Assembly: GCA_043228905.1 (NCBI GenBank)
Contig: JBHGNT010000006.1
Coordinates: 9,734,001-9,798,000, forward strand
Direction of reading: 5' to 3'
Length of the DNA stretch: 64,000 nucleotides
Source of the DNA: Azolla caroliniana
Lineage: Eukaryota; Plantae; Polypodiophyta
The translations under genes were made by a program, and so were the position numbers. Below, one piece after another: positions 37,755 through 51,800 of this stretch (positions within the stretch are counted from its first letter, which is position 1; each line of letters opens with the position of its first letter). The notes under the pieces were generated by a model. That model saw only the letters and a list, made by a program, of their open reading frames with translations. It searched no databases and was not told where the DNA came from.

Positions 37755-40700
37755 CACTCTATACCGTAGTTACACCGATAACACTATACAAAATAATAAC
37801 AACCCCACACACGAAGAGTTTGCCCTAGGTCATATTTATACTAATATGACTTTCGGGCTATTTACAAATATAGCCCTACTGGGCTCTCTAGAACATATTT
37901 ACATATATGTCCCTTCATCCGGTGAGAGGTTCTCACCGGGCCTGCGTCATCCGGTTCTCACCGGGTCTTCCTTGTCGGGTACTCGTATCCCATCCGGAGG
38001 GACCGAAATCCTAACAAGGACTTCTTGTGCTTTTATCACCAAAGTCATCCCCTCCTCCTAATGCTCGTATCTGCCAATTGCGGTCTGCCATGATAGCCAA
38101 CATATATTTCCCCACTTGATTGAGCCGTGCACCTGGCATAATTGCAACAAGCAGCAAACCCCCCGCCATATTCGATGGGACGTTGGACAGTCCCACAGAG
38201 CGTGTGGTATTGATTCTACTGCATGGGGGCACTCTACACAATTAGGAGAGCTAAGGTTCCCACGTTGCCATGCTCCCACCGGTAGGGACTTATGTATTAA
38301 TAGCCATTGGAACGTGGTAATTCACCTCGGGTGTTGTTGTTTCCAGATTTTCTGCCAAAACTTGGTGATTATTGTGGAAGGAACTTGAAATGTGTGCCAA
38401 ACCTTCGCAGCAGCCGGTTCTCGGGCGGTTTGAGTAGCTAGAATGTGGCGACCCAATCTAGTTGTGAATTGGAAGAAAGGGATGGGTTTGCTTCCTTGCC
38501 TTGCGTAGGGATCACGCCATGTCCATTGCAAAGGGTCCCAACTGGCCTTACATAGCCATGTGTTTTCATGAGTACATATATGCCAATCGGGTTGTACTTT
38601 GATCAGATCAAGATCTACAATACATTTATGACCAGTATACGCAAGTACTCGAATTGCGTTATTCTGTGTTGGTGTCTCAGTGTCTCGCAATTCAGAGCCT
38701 TCGAGTCTGTCTGGTGGTCCCCTACCTCTCGGGATCAGAGATCCCTCCTCCTCGTGGCCTATCCATTTCTCCATTGTCGTCCTTTGAGTAGCAGATTCCC
38801 TAATCAGTAGAGCGTTAATGATTTCCGATCTCATAGTCCATCCGCCCCTGATTCCATGGAGTATGTTCGCCTGATCTTGTAGTGGCATTGACATAGACCG
38901 TCACCAACATTCTATACTTTTTCTTGGACCTTCTGCAATGTATCCCCATGACAACCCCTTACGTGATCCCAGTAGTTGATTAGATTCATCCTTGAGACAT
39001 GGGTTCCATAGGATACGTTGACTAAGCCAGGCAGGTTCGAATCTCGGTTGATCACACTTGAGCCCTCGACGAATGTCACACCATGCCTTCCACATGGATG
39101 CACTGAATCTATCCTCCAATTGGCGGGAGAAACTAGGTTTGAGATCCATGTTTAGAATCTATCCGGTTTGGGGGGCCCAATTGACCCCTTTTCGTGGCCT
39201 AAAGTAAACGAAACATAACCTCAATAACATTTTCCAACAATCATTTCTTGGTTGAAGTCCTCACACCACAAATTTGGCAAGTAAGGCTTTTGATTGTGAA
39301 AGGGGATCAATAAGTCCCAATCCCCTTCTCGACTTAGGCGATGTGAGTATAGCCCACGCCACCTTGGTGCGAGCTACATGGTCTTCCTTACGAGACCAAA
39401 TGTAGTTGCGGACCAGTCGTTGAATCCGATGTATACTTTCCTTGGAGATTGTCCAGCATGATAGACTGTACCATGTTGTTGCGAGTAGTACTTGATTTGC
39501 CACTATGATGCGACCCGCTAGCGACAATTTTTTCGAGCTCCAATGTATCAACTTTTGTCGAATGGAATGGATAACGTGTGCAATCATAGTCTCCAGAAGT
39601 ATGTTGAAACCAATTTGGAAACCCAAATATTTGGTGCTCGCACCTTGATTGATCCATTTGAAAGCGGGATGTGGGTGCCACGTCGGATGTGTTTGCTGAG
39701 AGAGCCATATTGCGTAGGATTTGTGCCAATTGATCATGGCGTTGGATCTCTTGCAAAATACAGCTAGCCCACTTTCTAGCTTTTGGAGGTTTTCCAAGTC
39801 CCCTTGCAAGTAGACTATTGTGTCATCTGCAAATTCTATATTGAGGATGCTTTGGTGAGAATGAGGTATGGGAAGACCACGTAGGTTGAGATGTCGCGAG
39901 TTGAGAAAGCAAGAGAGTGCTTCGGAGTATAATAGAAATAAGGATGGAGCTAGTGGGCATCCCACCGTACAGATCGGGATATTCGGAAAAAGGGGCCCCT
40001 TTCACCTACCAGTGAAACGCAACTGCTGGCATTCCTATAAAGTCCTGCAATGCCTTTGATCCATGTCTCTTGAAAGACGAGTTTTCTCATCACACTTTCT
40101 AGAAAGTTCCAGCATACCATGTCATATGCTTTCTCAAAATCTAGTAGCACCACCGCTACCTTGTTGTTGGTACGTTTGGCAAGGGCTACTGCTTCCCAGA
40201 ATGAGAAAAGGTTGTCTAGGATGCTCCGATTTCTAACGAAACCTGTTTGGGACGGATGAATGAGTTGAGGGAGAAGTGATGTTAAACGGCGTGCCAAGAT
40301 TTTTGCGAGCAACTTATAGACAGTATTGAGAAGAGTTGTGGGCCGCCACTTGCTAATGTCATTGGCTAATGTCGTTGGCATTCCCACCACTTTTAGGAAT
40401 GAGATGTATCATCCCCTATCCAAATTCCTGTGGCATGCTTCCAGAGGTGATGATCTCCTCATATGCCTGGAGAAGGTCTTCTTTAATAGTGCCCCAAAGG
40501 CATGTGAAAAAGTGTGGGGTGAGACCGTCGATTCCGGGGTAGCTATCGGAATCTAAATAAGTGAGGGCCTCCCATATCTCGATGATTGATAGGGACGCAT
40601 GAGCCATGTATTCATTTCCAGTGTGACTTTCTCGGGTATGCTTTGGAGGATAATATCTTCTCTTATGTCTTCCCCTGTAGCTATAATGTCTTCGGTAAGT

Positions 40701-42860
40701 AGGCGCCATCCTCAATGGTCCTTCCATCCTCTCGGTTGAGGTTGCACATCACAGTTCTAGCGTGCCTCATGCCTTTGGAGCGGAAGAATTCCTTTGTGGT
40801 TTTGTCCCCTACTCGAATCCATCGCGCCATGCTTCCATGAAACTCCATGTCATATATTTCCTTTTCCGCCATGCTAAGTTCATGTTTCACCGTGGCGACT
40901 TGTCTTGCGATCCAAATACAGGACGGGTATCTCTATTGGAGTCATTGTAAGGCTATTAGTCCCCGTTTTGTCCTCTGTCGTTTTCCTGAGCATTCTTGCT
41001 TCTAGTCTTGACAATCTCATATAGGAGAGTAGAAGATCTTGTTAATTTAGCTAAAAGTTTGTCCGATGCTGATGAGCCATTGACGGGTAATGACCATTGG
41101 CTGGATAGTTGGTCCTTCACGTCTATAAATCTATAAATAGTGTGTGGGATGCGAGTCTGGAATGGGCCCCATTTTCGGTGCAATTGAAAATGACCAGCTA
41201 CCGGGTAATGGTCAGAGAAAGTCGTGCTTGGAGTTATGCGACACCACCCTCCCTTCGCTTCTAGAGCCTCCCCCACATAAATGCGGTCAATGCGAGATAG
41301 GGTGGGTCCACTATTCCACCCGTCTAATTGGGAGAATAGGAGAGAATCCCTTTTTCGTTGGAAGTTGGCAAAATGCCAGATGTCTCACAGGTTAAGGTGG
41401 ACACATAGCTTCTCCCATTGTTTATGTTCCCTTCCTTGTAGAACTATGGGGTTGTTGTTGGAGCTATCGTGAATGGATTCGATCATATTAAAATCCCCTC
41501 CAATGCACCACTCTTCCGCACCCACTATTTGTAGGCAGATGCGGTCCCAGAATGTTGCCCTTTTTGTTCTGCTATTTGGAGCATAAACATTCATGAAGTT
41601 CCATCGTTGCCCTTGGATGGCCAACGTGCAAAAATGTGCCCTACCAGGTATAAGTGATTCTTGGTGTATTAAGCCTTGGGCTAGATGTTCCAGAATCAAA
41701 GTGCAAATACCACCATGATTTCCATCATCCCCAATTGTTGGCTCCCAAATCGTTCGCCATGATCCTGGTAGAAGGTCTCCGACTTCCTTTAACTGTGTGC
41801 TATCGAGGTGGTGTTCCTGCAACATGATGATGTCAGCACCACTCCCTAGTAAATATTCTTCAAGATCCCTTCTCAGCTTCCATCTATTTTGCTAGTCTAG
41901 TCTACTTCTGAGTCCTTGCACGTTCCATGTTATAATCTTCATACTCATGGAATGGGGTGGGAGATTGCTAGTTGTTCCTGGTGCTTTGTACAACAGATCA
42001 TGAGTGGGGAGCACTCACCATTTAGACATCCAGTCATTTCCAGGGATGGAATAGTGGTCCACATCCATGAGTGGAGTTTGTGGGCTATCCTATGAGCTTC
42101 AATCTCCCCTTCATGCTTCTCATGGAAATAGAAAAAACTTGGAGTTAGTTGGGTGTCTATGATAGTCCGCAGGTGGATGTGGCAAAGATGAGGTTCCTCT
42201 TCATCCATGGTGCACCAGAATTCAGTGTTATGCCAATGTTGCTTTAGTTCATTCATGAGCTCTTCATCTCTTATTTGTGCTACAAAGCACGTTGGTTGGC
42301 TACATAAAGTATCTTTAATCTTGGATTTTGACCAATCTTCCTGTGTCGGAAGCAAGAGTGGAAAGGAGATTGAGGTTGTCGGAACTCCATTATTGTGGAC
42401 CGCTGATACATGTACCCTTATTTTTTCCACTGTCTTGAGCCCTATACCTAGCCATTTCAAAGCGTTTTGTAGGTGTGGTTCAAGGCCTTGGCCAGAGGAA
42501 GCACACTCATTTGTGTCTGAGACGACTATGACTTGAGGCATCACATTCACACTTCTGCCTTGGTTTGTTGCTTTTGCATTGGGTGTCGTTCCACTCAAGC
42601 TCCTTATTAAGGTCTTTACATGACTTATTAGTCTTCGCTTCCCTGTTTTGTAAGCTTTAACGAGAACTTTCTCTTGTGTGCTTGGTGTCAGTTTAGGCCG
42701 TTCCTTGGGGCTTAAGAAAGAACTAGGGAAATGCTCGTCTGTGGGGGGGAGCGCTTGTAGTAGATCAAATCGATTGGGGCTCATAGGCGATGGAGGATTT
42801 TGTGTCGATGATGTTTTTCGAAGGACATGGGTTTTTTCCACCACTCACCATTCCATCACA
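32386..42860 (-). mobile_element. L1/Tx1-type LINE (ORF1 C-terminal part, degenerate ORF2 EN-RT-zf, polyA tail), interrupted by a Copia at 32792-38016
   Basis: EN: TWNVQG, LQEHH, YAPN, GGDFN, SDH. RT: WRP..LLN..YK, LDFEKAYD, GCPLAP, FADD. zf-RVT: C..C..ESIPHALWDC. WILWKQRC at about 32680; polyA at 32386-32396. Confidence 0.92.
32792..38016 (-). mobile_element. Tnt1/Tork-like Ty1/Copia LTR retrotransposon, decayed; LTRs 32792-33406 and 37404-38016
   Basis: TSD AGTAC/AGGAC; PBS for tRNA-iMet at 37389-37400; PPT 33407-33416; gag-PR-IN-RT-RH fragments with stops and frameshifts. Confidence 0.95.
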
Positions 42861-43229
42861 GCCTTGTCATTAACTTGTTAAGAAGTATGCACTGGAAAAT
42901 TACAATGTCTTCGAGGATCTCCAATTGCAATCTACATTGTCATTAACTTGTTAAGAAGTAACATGATTCCTATACCATGTACGTATAAAATACGTAAAAT
43001 AAGTAATAAATTAGTAATAAAAAATAAAATCAAATAATGAAATAAATAACAAAATAACAAAAAAGTATGCACACATTATCTCCCATGATTATCACGTAAT
43101 ATGTAATCCATTATCCTAACTAATGGGAAAGTAGCTTCATTTTGGAAATATATATATATATGTAATCCATTACCTCATCTTCACCAACAAGATCATCCAA
43201 ATTAATTTTAGTTCTTCATAAGCCGTGTG

Positions 43230-44240
43230 AAAATGATTTATTAGCTGAACTTCAAATTCTTGTAAAACTTCCACCCATGATCGAATACACGTTTCGGTTT
43301 AATGTAGTTTGCTCCTGTCATCATAGGTCATTTTTGCTACTGAATTAGCCTATTTAGCCGGTATTGATGATGTTGGTATAACAAGGTAATCATATGTCAT
43401 CCTATATAGTTGTGGCATTGTAGATTTATTATCATGCCACCATTTTAAAGGATCATTTTCTATGCTAGCTAACGGAAGTCTTATGAAGTGCTATTTATTT
43501 GATCGTGAATTAGAAATAAGACTTTTATTACTTACACCCATTAACCTCGAAATCTTAGAGCTAGTATCATTTGGATGTATTGTGGTTGAAGGTGGTTCGA
43601 CATCACTCGAGAACAATTGGTAATGGGATTGAATCATGCTTTCAATGAACTTAATATCTAACTCTCTTTCAATATAATCATTTGGAAGAGGCAATTTATG
43701 CAACAAATAAAAAATATTTTTAAACTCAAAAAAAACTTCAAAAAGAATTATGACAATTGTAAGACATAAATGTAAGCTTTACTTGGGATTAAGAAACATT
43801 GCTATGTGAGATGGAATAGAGTTTAGAGATCCTTGATACTTGATTGAACATTGTAAACAGTTCTCAGATGCTCTTTCTTGTGTGAATTTAGATGATCCTA
43901 GAACTGCAGAATCTAAAAAGTAATTACAATGATTTAGTAAACAAGTATATGCTAGCGATACTAGTGATAATGTGGGATATCTTGATCCTCCCAGAAAGGT
44001 AGAAACCTCTACAGGTGTATCTAGCCATTCCCCCATGGTATGTATGTGACTCCAATCTTCTCCAATCAAAACATAACATTGAAATCACTTAAAATTGTTA
44101 AATATGAAATTGTAAAATGCAATACATCTCTATCCTCGATAACTTGCCTAAACATTTCCAAGGTAGAATTCTATCTGGTAACAACATCAAGCCTTGGGGG
44201 TTCCCTTTCACCATATTCAACCATCCTAACATACTGTCAA
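43230..44240 (-). pseudogene. hAT transposase C-terminal remnant (copy A)
   Basis: LDVVTR*NST, YPTLS, AMFLNP, and dimerisation domain DPLKWW..P.L..DYLVIPTSS. Confidence 0.8.
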
Positions 44241-47200
44241 GAATAGTACTAGAAGCAAAGTTAATTATTATCATTATTATTAAATAATAATAATAATAAC
44301 AATAACATCTACAACAATGGTAACGTAGTAGTAGTAATAATAATAAATAAATCAAATAAATTAAATTAAATATTAAGATTAAAAATTTGAGACCTACCTA
44401 TCCCATCGTCAAATACCTACACAATCAACCTACAATTTAAAACACTCACTTACCTTAAACTAATCAGGACATCAGCATCCTTGAACATTGGATTTGGAAA
44501 ACTCGAATAAACCTATTCTCTCTAGTTCAAGTCCTTGCAGGGGTCCCGCTCATATTTCACATGCATGCACGTAACTTCGCAACATAGGGTCCATCTAATG
44601 TCGTTGCTAGGGGGTTGTTCGGTGGTTTTCCACCCTTCTTTCCGTTCTTTGGCCTAGAACTCCTTATGTTTTGTTTAATTAATTAGTTAGACTCTAACAA
44701 CAAGTCATATTTTTGTTCATGCATGGTTACTACCCCACAAAGTCAATCGTGTCCCTTGGCACAAGATTGGTGTCACACAAGTAAATGAATGATAACACCT
44801 AGTGAGCATGCCTTTTACTTCTAAACCCCTAATGGCCTTACGTAAGAAACCCTAGTAGATACTTTGGATGTCCATATGTTAAATACTCACCACTCGCAAA
44901 ATGATTCATGAAGACATCAACACCGATGAGGACACCAATCTCCAAGAAACACTTAGAGGAAAAAGGGGGAAAGAACAAAACTTTCTTCAAAGCTTTAAAT
45001 AAAATGGCCACCCTAAATTGATAGCCCAAACATCCTTGTAAAATGCTATGAAAGCCACTTGTGTTGACCTTTGTAGCTCCTCTTCCCTATTGAGTTTTGA
45101 TCTCCTCCTATAACTCAAACTTGAGTTTTCTTCTCCCCCTTAATATTTCACTTGAGTACAATGATAAATGCTAAGCACTAAATATTCATATCCTTTCACT
45201 CCTACCAATTCTAGCATGTAGAAGTAGCCATTATTACATTGTTTCTATCTAGTTCAAATCATCTATAGTAAGCATAGTATCTGTTGAGAGACAAGCTCAA
45301 CATCGGCCGGATCGGCTAAAGAAGCCGAGGACTGGATCGGTTGGGACCGATCGGTTAGACCGAATGCGTAAACCGGTACGCAGACCGGTGCGTAGGTAGG
45401 GCCGGATCGGTGCGTAAACCGGGAGGCCGTTAGGAAAGATATTCCATGAGGAATATATTTGGGAGTTAGTGTAGGAGCTCTTAATGAGCATTGAAGTATT
45501 GTCAGTACTTCGGTCAGTCCTTTTAGGACTTGTATAAAAGTGTTCATTGAGCACACATCTGTATAGAATAGTGGATAGAGATTGAGTACTTCTTTGTTGA
45601 ATATAGTTCTTGTGTTTTTTTTCTCTCTCACTCTCTCTGTCTCTCCCGCGTATACTGTGTAAGCTCAAGCTCTCCATTAAACCTGAGCGTTCTTCCTTCT
45701 GTCTGGTCTTCATACTTGCTTCCGCACGCTACTTTCTACATGGTATCAGAGCGCGAGGGTTGAAAACCTCTCTGCAGCCGACACAACTTGACGAAGAAGA
45801 ACAAGAAGACCGATGGATAGAGGCATGGCGAGCTCGCTTCCAACAGAGAAGCTCGACAGAACCAACTACGCGTCTTGGTCCTACAAGATGCACTAGTACC
45901 TGCTCGGGCACGACTACTGGAGTTATGTCGAAGGAGCTAATGACGCGGCACCCGAATCGACACACAGAGACTTCCCGTCGTGGGAGCAATCGGCGAGCAG
46001 GGTATTATACTGCTTCGCGTCGTGTGTGGGCGAACAACTATTGAGCTATGTTCGGGATGCAAAGACGCCGAAGGGTGCGTGGGAAAATCTGAAGAAGATT
46101 TTCGCCGCGAGCACCACAGCCAGGAAGCTTCAGCTCCGACAGGAGTTGAGCAACCTACGACAACGCGACTTGTCGGTGGCGGACTATACCTCGAAGATCA
46201 AGGATATCTACGACTCCCTCGCCTCCATAGAGGTGAACATCGAGGAGATCGAGATGGTCCAGATTTGTCTCGGAGGTTTGGCGTCGAAGTTTGGAGCGTT
46301 CCGAACGGTTGTGTGTACCTGGGAGAATACGCCGTCCTTTTTCGACTTACAGACAATGCTCCTAGTAGAGGAGAACCACGCGGGTGCGTCTACAAGCACG
46401 CACACCGATAGCAGAATGTTGTACACGGAGGGAGATAGGCCTCGTGGACGTGGAGGACGAGGCGAGTCGGCACGCAATGGAGGCGGCCAACGAGATCAAG
46501 AAAGAAGGCACCGAAGTGATGCCGACAGCAACTCTGAACCCTCCGGAAACAGGGGGAGTTGAAGTGATGAGAACCGGCAAGGGAAGGCCATCGCGGAGTG
46601 CTGGTACTGTGGCAAGAAAGGCCACAGGGAAAGTGAGTGCTGGAAGAAGCGCGCCGATTCGGAGAGAACCGGTTCCGGAAACGGCTCCGGACATACCGAC
46701 AAGGGAAATCGGCAGCGATCACACTACGCCAAAGACTCCGGGAGAGCTGGAGAAGGGTCTGCCTTCGTGACGAGACACGAAGCAAACTCAATGAAACAGA
46801 CCACCCCGAGATCGGACGATGTGTGGTACGTAGACTCCGGCGCGGCAAACCACATGACGAGCCATAAGGAGTGGTTCTCGTACCTTGAAAAACCGATACA
46901 ACTTGGAGTAGTCGCAACTGGAGACGACACTCCGCATCCGATCGCGAATGTCGAAGAAGTTCCCCTTAGCCATGTCGGGCAGAAAGGGAAACTCATGAAC
47001 GTGTTGCACGTTCCGACAATCACGAAAAACTTGGTCTCGGTCGGACAGATCGTCGACCAAGGGATGGAGGTACGGTTTACACACCTCGGGTGCTTCATTG
47101 AGGAAGAAGGCCGTGTGATTGCGCAACGGCGCAGAGACGGGAGGATGTTCATCCTCGACTCCACTGATGGCGGCACCGCAATGTTCGCGAAGGGACAAAA

Positions 47201-48816
47201 ATCCGAGTTGGACATCGACTTGTGGCACAAGCAGATAGGCCACGTCAACTAGCAGCGGCTTCAAGATCTGCAATCGAAACAGGTAGTGTTCGGATTGCCC
47301 AAATTTAGTGGCTGAAAGGCACAAATTTGTGAAGCCTGCCAGCTCGGGAAGCAACACCGACTTCCTTTCCCCAACGAGCGAAACCGGAGCCGGAACAAGC
47401 TCGACCTTATACACTCCGATGTATGGGGGCCAACACAAAACGTTAGTCTTGGCGGGAGCCGATATTTCGTCTCCTTCATCGACGACCACACGCGGCACAC
47501 ATGGATCTACCTCATTGAGAGGAAGAGCGAAGTCTTCGACTGTTTCCGGGACCTCAAAGGGTTCGTGGAAACGGAAACGGGACGAAAGATCAAGTGCCTG
47601 CGGTCGGATGGCGGGAAAGAGTACTTTTCTGGTCAATTCAACGGTTATCTACAACAAATGGGAATTCGGCGCGAATTCAGTTGTAGATACACGCCGGAGC
47701 AGAACGGTGTGGTCGAGAGGACGAATCGGTCAGTTGTGGAAGCGGCACGGGCAATGCTGGAGGAGAAGAGCTTGCCCAAGTTCTACTGGGCCGAGGCCAT
47801 AAGGACCGCGGTATACATCCAGAACCGGATCGGAGATAAAGTGTCGGCGCACGAGCTATATTTCGGAACAAAGCCAAACTTGCGACACTTGAGGGTGTTC
47901 GGTAGCATCGCGTATGTGCATGTACCGAAGGAGAAAAGGAGGAAGCTGGACACAAAGGCCGAGAAATGCATCTTCGTCGGTTACTTGGATGAGCAGAAGG
48001 GTTATAAGTGCTATAACCCTCGCACCAAACAAGCGCGTGTTAGCCACGACGTTGTGTTTGACGAGTCCGCGTCCTGGTACCAACCCCCGACTACGAAACC
48101 CGACTCCAATCAGAGCTCTAGCGATGAGGTCAGCGAGGCCGAGATGCCTCCGGATGAGCCCGAAATCGAGACCCGCGAAGAGAGTCCAATTTCACTCAGT
48201 TTAAGTGGACTGATTGGACGACTAAGTCGGTACGACCAGTCCGATGAAGAGCTGGTGAATAGTGGAGACTCGGCCGTGCATTCCCCGCACAGGAAGCCGA
48301 GGAGATGGCTTACGTGCAAAGAGAAAGGGAAGAAGAAGGTGTCGGATTCCGACACGGATAGGATCGAGTCAGACCGACGCGAGTCCGACTCCGAGGGAAC
48401 CGGTGACAGGTCCTTAAAGGTGAAGTCCGCGTCGACCGAGAAGGCCTCGACATCGGCTAATGGGAGATTACGCCGATCTACCCGCCAGAAGAATCCTATT
48501 GTGCGGTTCGAATACAACGAGTACATGGCGCATCATTATGCGTACATGACCCGTGTAGCGGAAGTGCGTGAGCTAGAGAGCTACGCAGAAGCGGCTAAAG
48601 ACGCGAATTGACGTGCCGCGATGGAGGAAGAGATGCACGCATTGGCGGAGAACGAGACCTGGGACCTGGTTGACGCACCAAGAGGGGTAAAACCGATCGG
48701 GTGTAGATGGGTGTACAAGGTCAAGTACAACATCGATGGCTCGGTCAACCGGTACAAGGTTCGGTTAGTGGCAAAGGGCTACGCGCAGAAACACAGCATC
48801 GACTACGATGAGAGGT

Positions 48817-51800
48817 TGTCGCGTTACTACGCGCGTGCGTGGAGAAACGAGGCAGGACGACCGGGGTCTTGAACCAAAGAGTAGGTGATAGAAGGGGAAA
48901 GAGAAAGAGAGAGACGCCCGGTCACGTATGAGCAAAGAAACACAGGGGCACGGCCCGTCAACACAGAAGACGCAAATGGACAGGGAGACAGGGAGACACA
49001 AGTTTTTGTAGATTAACTAATAACAAATACACAACAGAGCACGCGAGGGGTTACAAGCGAACAGGCCGGCGAACAGATGTTGATGCCTGTTCGTCTGCGC
49101 ACGAAAGGAGAAAAGGGGTGGAGGTGCTGCCGGAAGCACACGGGCATTCCTCGAAGCAGCGCGAGCCTCCCGAAACCCTACAGAGAAGAGCGATCGAGAA
49201 CGAACAGAGGAGAAGCGTTCGGTTACAGCCCGACAGCACTTCATCCTCCTTAATGCGCAATGCCTTCTCCCTGCGTCTCCCTCTCCTTTATAGCGTCAAG
49301 AAGGGAGCCGTCTCCCTCATTTACGTCCCACCTACCGAATCTAACTACCCAGGATATACCTACGTACTTAATCCCTATTGTATACATTAAGGGCGCGCAC
49401 GCGTGAAGAGCCGGTTCACGTGTGCTACGCACCGATTGCGCTAAGGGACGGTTTTCTTCACGACATTCGCCCCCACCTAACCGCGCATCCACCGGTATGC
49501 GCCAAAATTGGGTTCTGGTTGGAGAAAACCGGTCCGGGTTCCGGCTCTTCGTCCATCGGTTCGTCCTCCGTTTCGGACTGTTCGTCGTCGCTGTCCAGGC
49601 CTCTTAGATCTGGTTCGCCGTCGTGGCGCTTCTTGAACGCTTTGATCCGCTTCCCTGCTACCGGTATCGCCATCCTCGTACCGTCGAGTTCCGCTAGGTG
49701 ATACGTCCCGTTGTCATTGGCGCTCGTTACTGTGTAAGGCCCGAACCACCGCTTCGCAAACTTCCGTGTTGCTCGGTGCTGGTTGTCGAGGCTGCTATCG
49801 TAGACTAGCACCCAGTCGCCTTCCTCGATTTTCTTCGGTCGGAGCCGGTGCGTTCGGTCGAACCGGGCTTTGTTCTTCATCCTCGCCGTCCGAAGTCTCT
49901 CCGCCGCTCGTTCCACGTCCTCTGGCCTCCGCTCGAGCTGCCGTATACGCGCGGCTAGCAGTTCTTCCCGACTCATCTCGTCTCTCCAGTCTACTGTCAC
50001 CCAAGAGGAGATCGTCCGTTCCATCGGCATGATCGGCTTCTGTCCGAACATGAGCTCTGACGGCATGAACCCGGTTACCGAACTATGCGTTGTCCGGTCC
50101 GCCCACAAGGCATAGGGTAACAGTCGTGGCCAGTTCCCGACCTGTCCTTCGCACGCCCGGACTAGCGCTTTGACGATCGGTCCGTGCCCGCGCTCCACCC
50201 TCCCGTTTGCCTCCCGATTGTACGTTGTGGTGAGCGAGAGCTTGACCCCTAACCGGTCGAATAGCTCCTCGGCCTCTTCAGCGTCCAACTCCCCGTGGTC
50301 AGCCACGATCTTTCCGACGTACCCGTACCGGCATATCACGTCCTCGATCCGGAACCGACACACGGCCGTGGTCGTTTTGTTCTGCAGGGCTTGGCCTTCC
50401 ACCTGGTTCGTCAGGTCCTCCCGGGCCAGCACCAGATATCGCATCTGCCCTACGCCCATCGGCATCGTCACCAAATCTACCATCCATTTGAAGTGGATGG
50501 CCGGAGGGTATGTAGGGTGAAGCTCGTCCCGATGTCGGACTATGGAGTGCATCTGATAGCTCTCACAAGTTGTCACGAACCAATGTACGTCCCGGTACAG
50601 TCCTGGCCACCAGTACTTCCCCTTTAGTTTCTCGAACGTGGCCCACGTCCCGCGGTGTCCAGCCCAGGGGCTGTCGTGGTAGGCCTTCAGCAACTCCTCC
50701 TGTTCCTCCTTCATCGCCACTACTCGGAGCGGGATGCCGTTTCTCTTCTTCGGGTGCTTCCACAAGTGTCCGTCCCGGAGAAAGAATCGGTACGCTTTCT
50801 TCCGGATCCGGTTGGCCTCGTCCTTTGTCCATGACGCGTCCGGCGTCATCGTCCTCAAGAATTCCCCAATCTGCAGCCACTCCCCGTTGTACTTGCTCTC
50901 GTCGAAATCGTTAAGCGCCGGAGTGCTCCCTCCCTCGGTTGTTACGTAACCCGCCTCGAAGAAGTCTACGCCGACTTCCTTGTCCTCCGAAACCATTCCG
51001 CCCTCGTCGTCGAATCGCGCCCTCGAAAGCATGTCGGCCATGGCATTGTCTTTCCCGGAAATGTGTCGTATTTCCGGATCCAGGGACTTGATTTACACTA
51101 TCCACCTGAGCATTGCCAGGTCCGGGGTTGCGCATCCGGAAACCATGCCGAGAATCGGCAGGCAGTCCGTCTCGATAATCACCTCTGTCCCGATTAGATA
51201 GTCTTTGTCGGCCTTCACCGCCGAAACGATACCCTAGAGTTCGCGTTTAACCTGGGCGTATCCTCGCTGTCGCTCGCTGAGGACCTTCGCGCCGAACCGG
51301 ATTGGGAACCGAATGCCATCCTCATCTTCTTGGTTGACGACCCATCCGATCCCGGTCGGACTTGTATCTACCGTTATGTAGATGGGAGTGCCTTTCTCGT
51401 AGACAGCCTTCCGGAGTGCTGGAGCTGCAGCAAGAGCCTCCTTCATCTTTCGGACTGACTCCGTATGCTCGTCTCACCACTCGAATTTTCGCCCCTTTTT
51501 CAACAATCCGTATAGCGGCTCGGCAACGTGGGCGTAGTGCGGGATCCATATGTGGTAGAACGCGCATGCTCCCAAGAACCTCCGTACCTCCGTGACCGAG
51601 TTACAGTCGGGCTTCATTGCGGAGATGGCTTCCACCTTAGCCGGAGACGGTTTCCGGCCATACGGTCCGCATAGATGTCCGACGACCATGATCTCTGATT
51701 GCCCGAAGGCCGATTTCTCCCCAGAGAAGGTGAGCCTCGCGTCCTCTAGCCTCTGCAGCACCTTCTCGCAGTCGTCAATGTGTGTCGCCACGAATCTCCG

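Noticed and set aside
42864-42960. 24-bp direct repeat as the LINE TSD
   Set aside because: Both copies lie at the 5' end and none is next to the polyA tail; more likely a local repair duplication.
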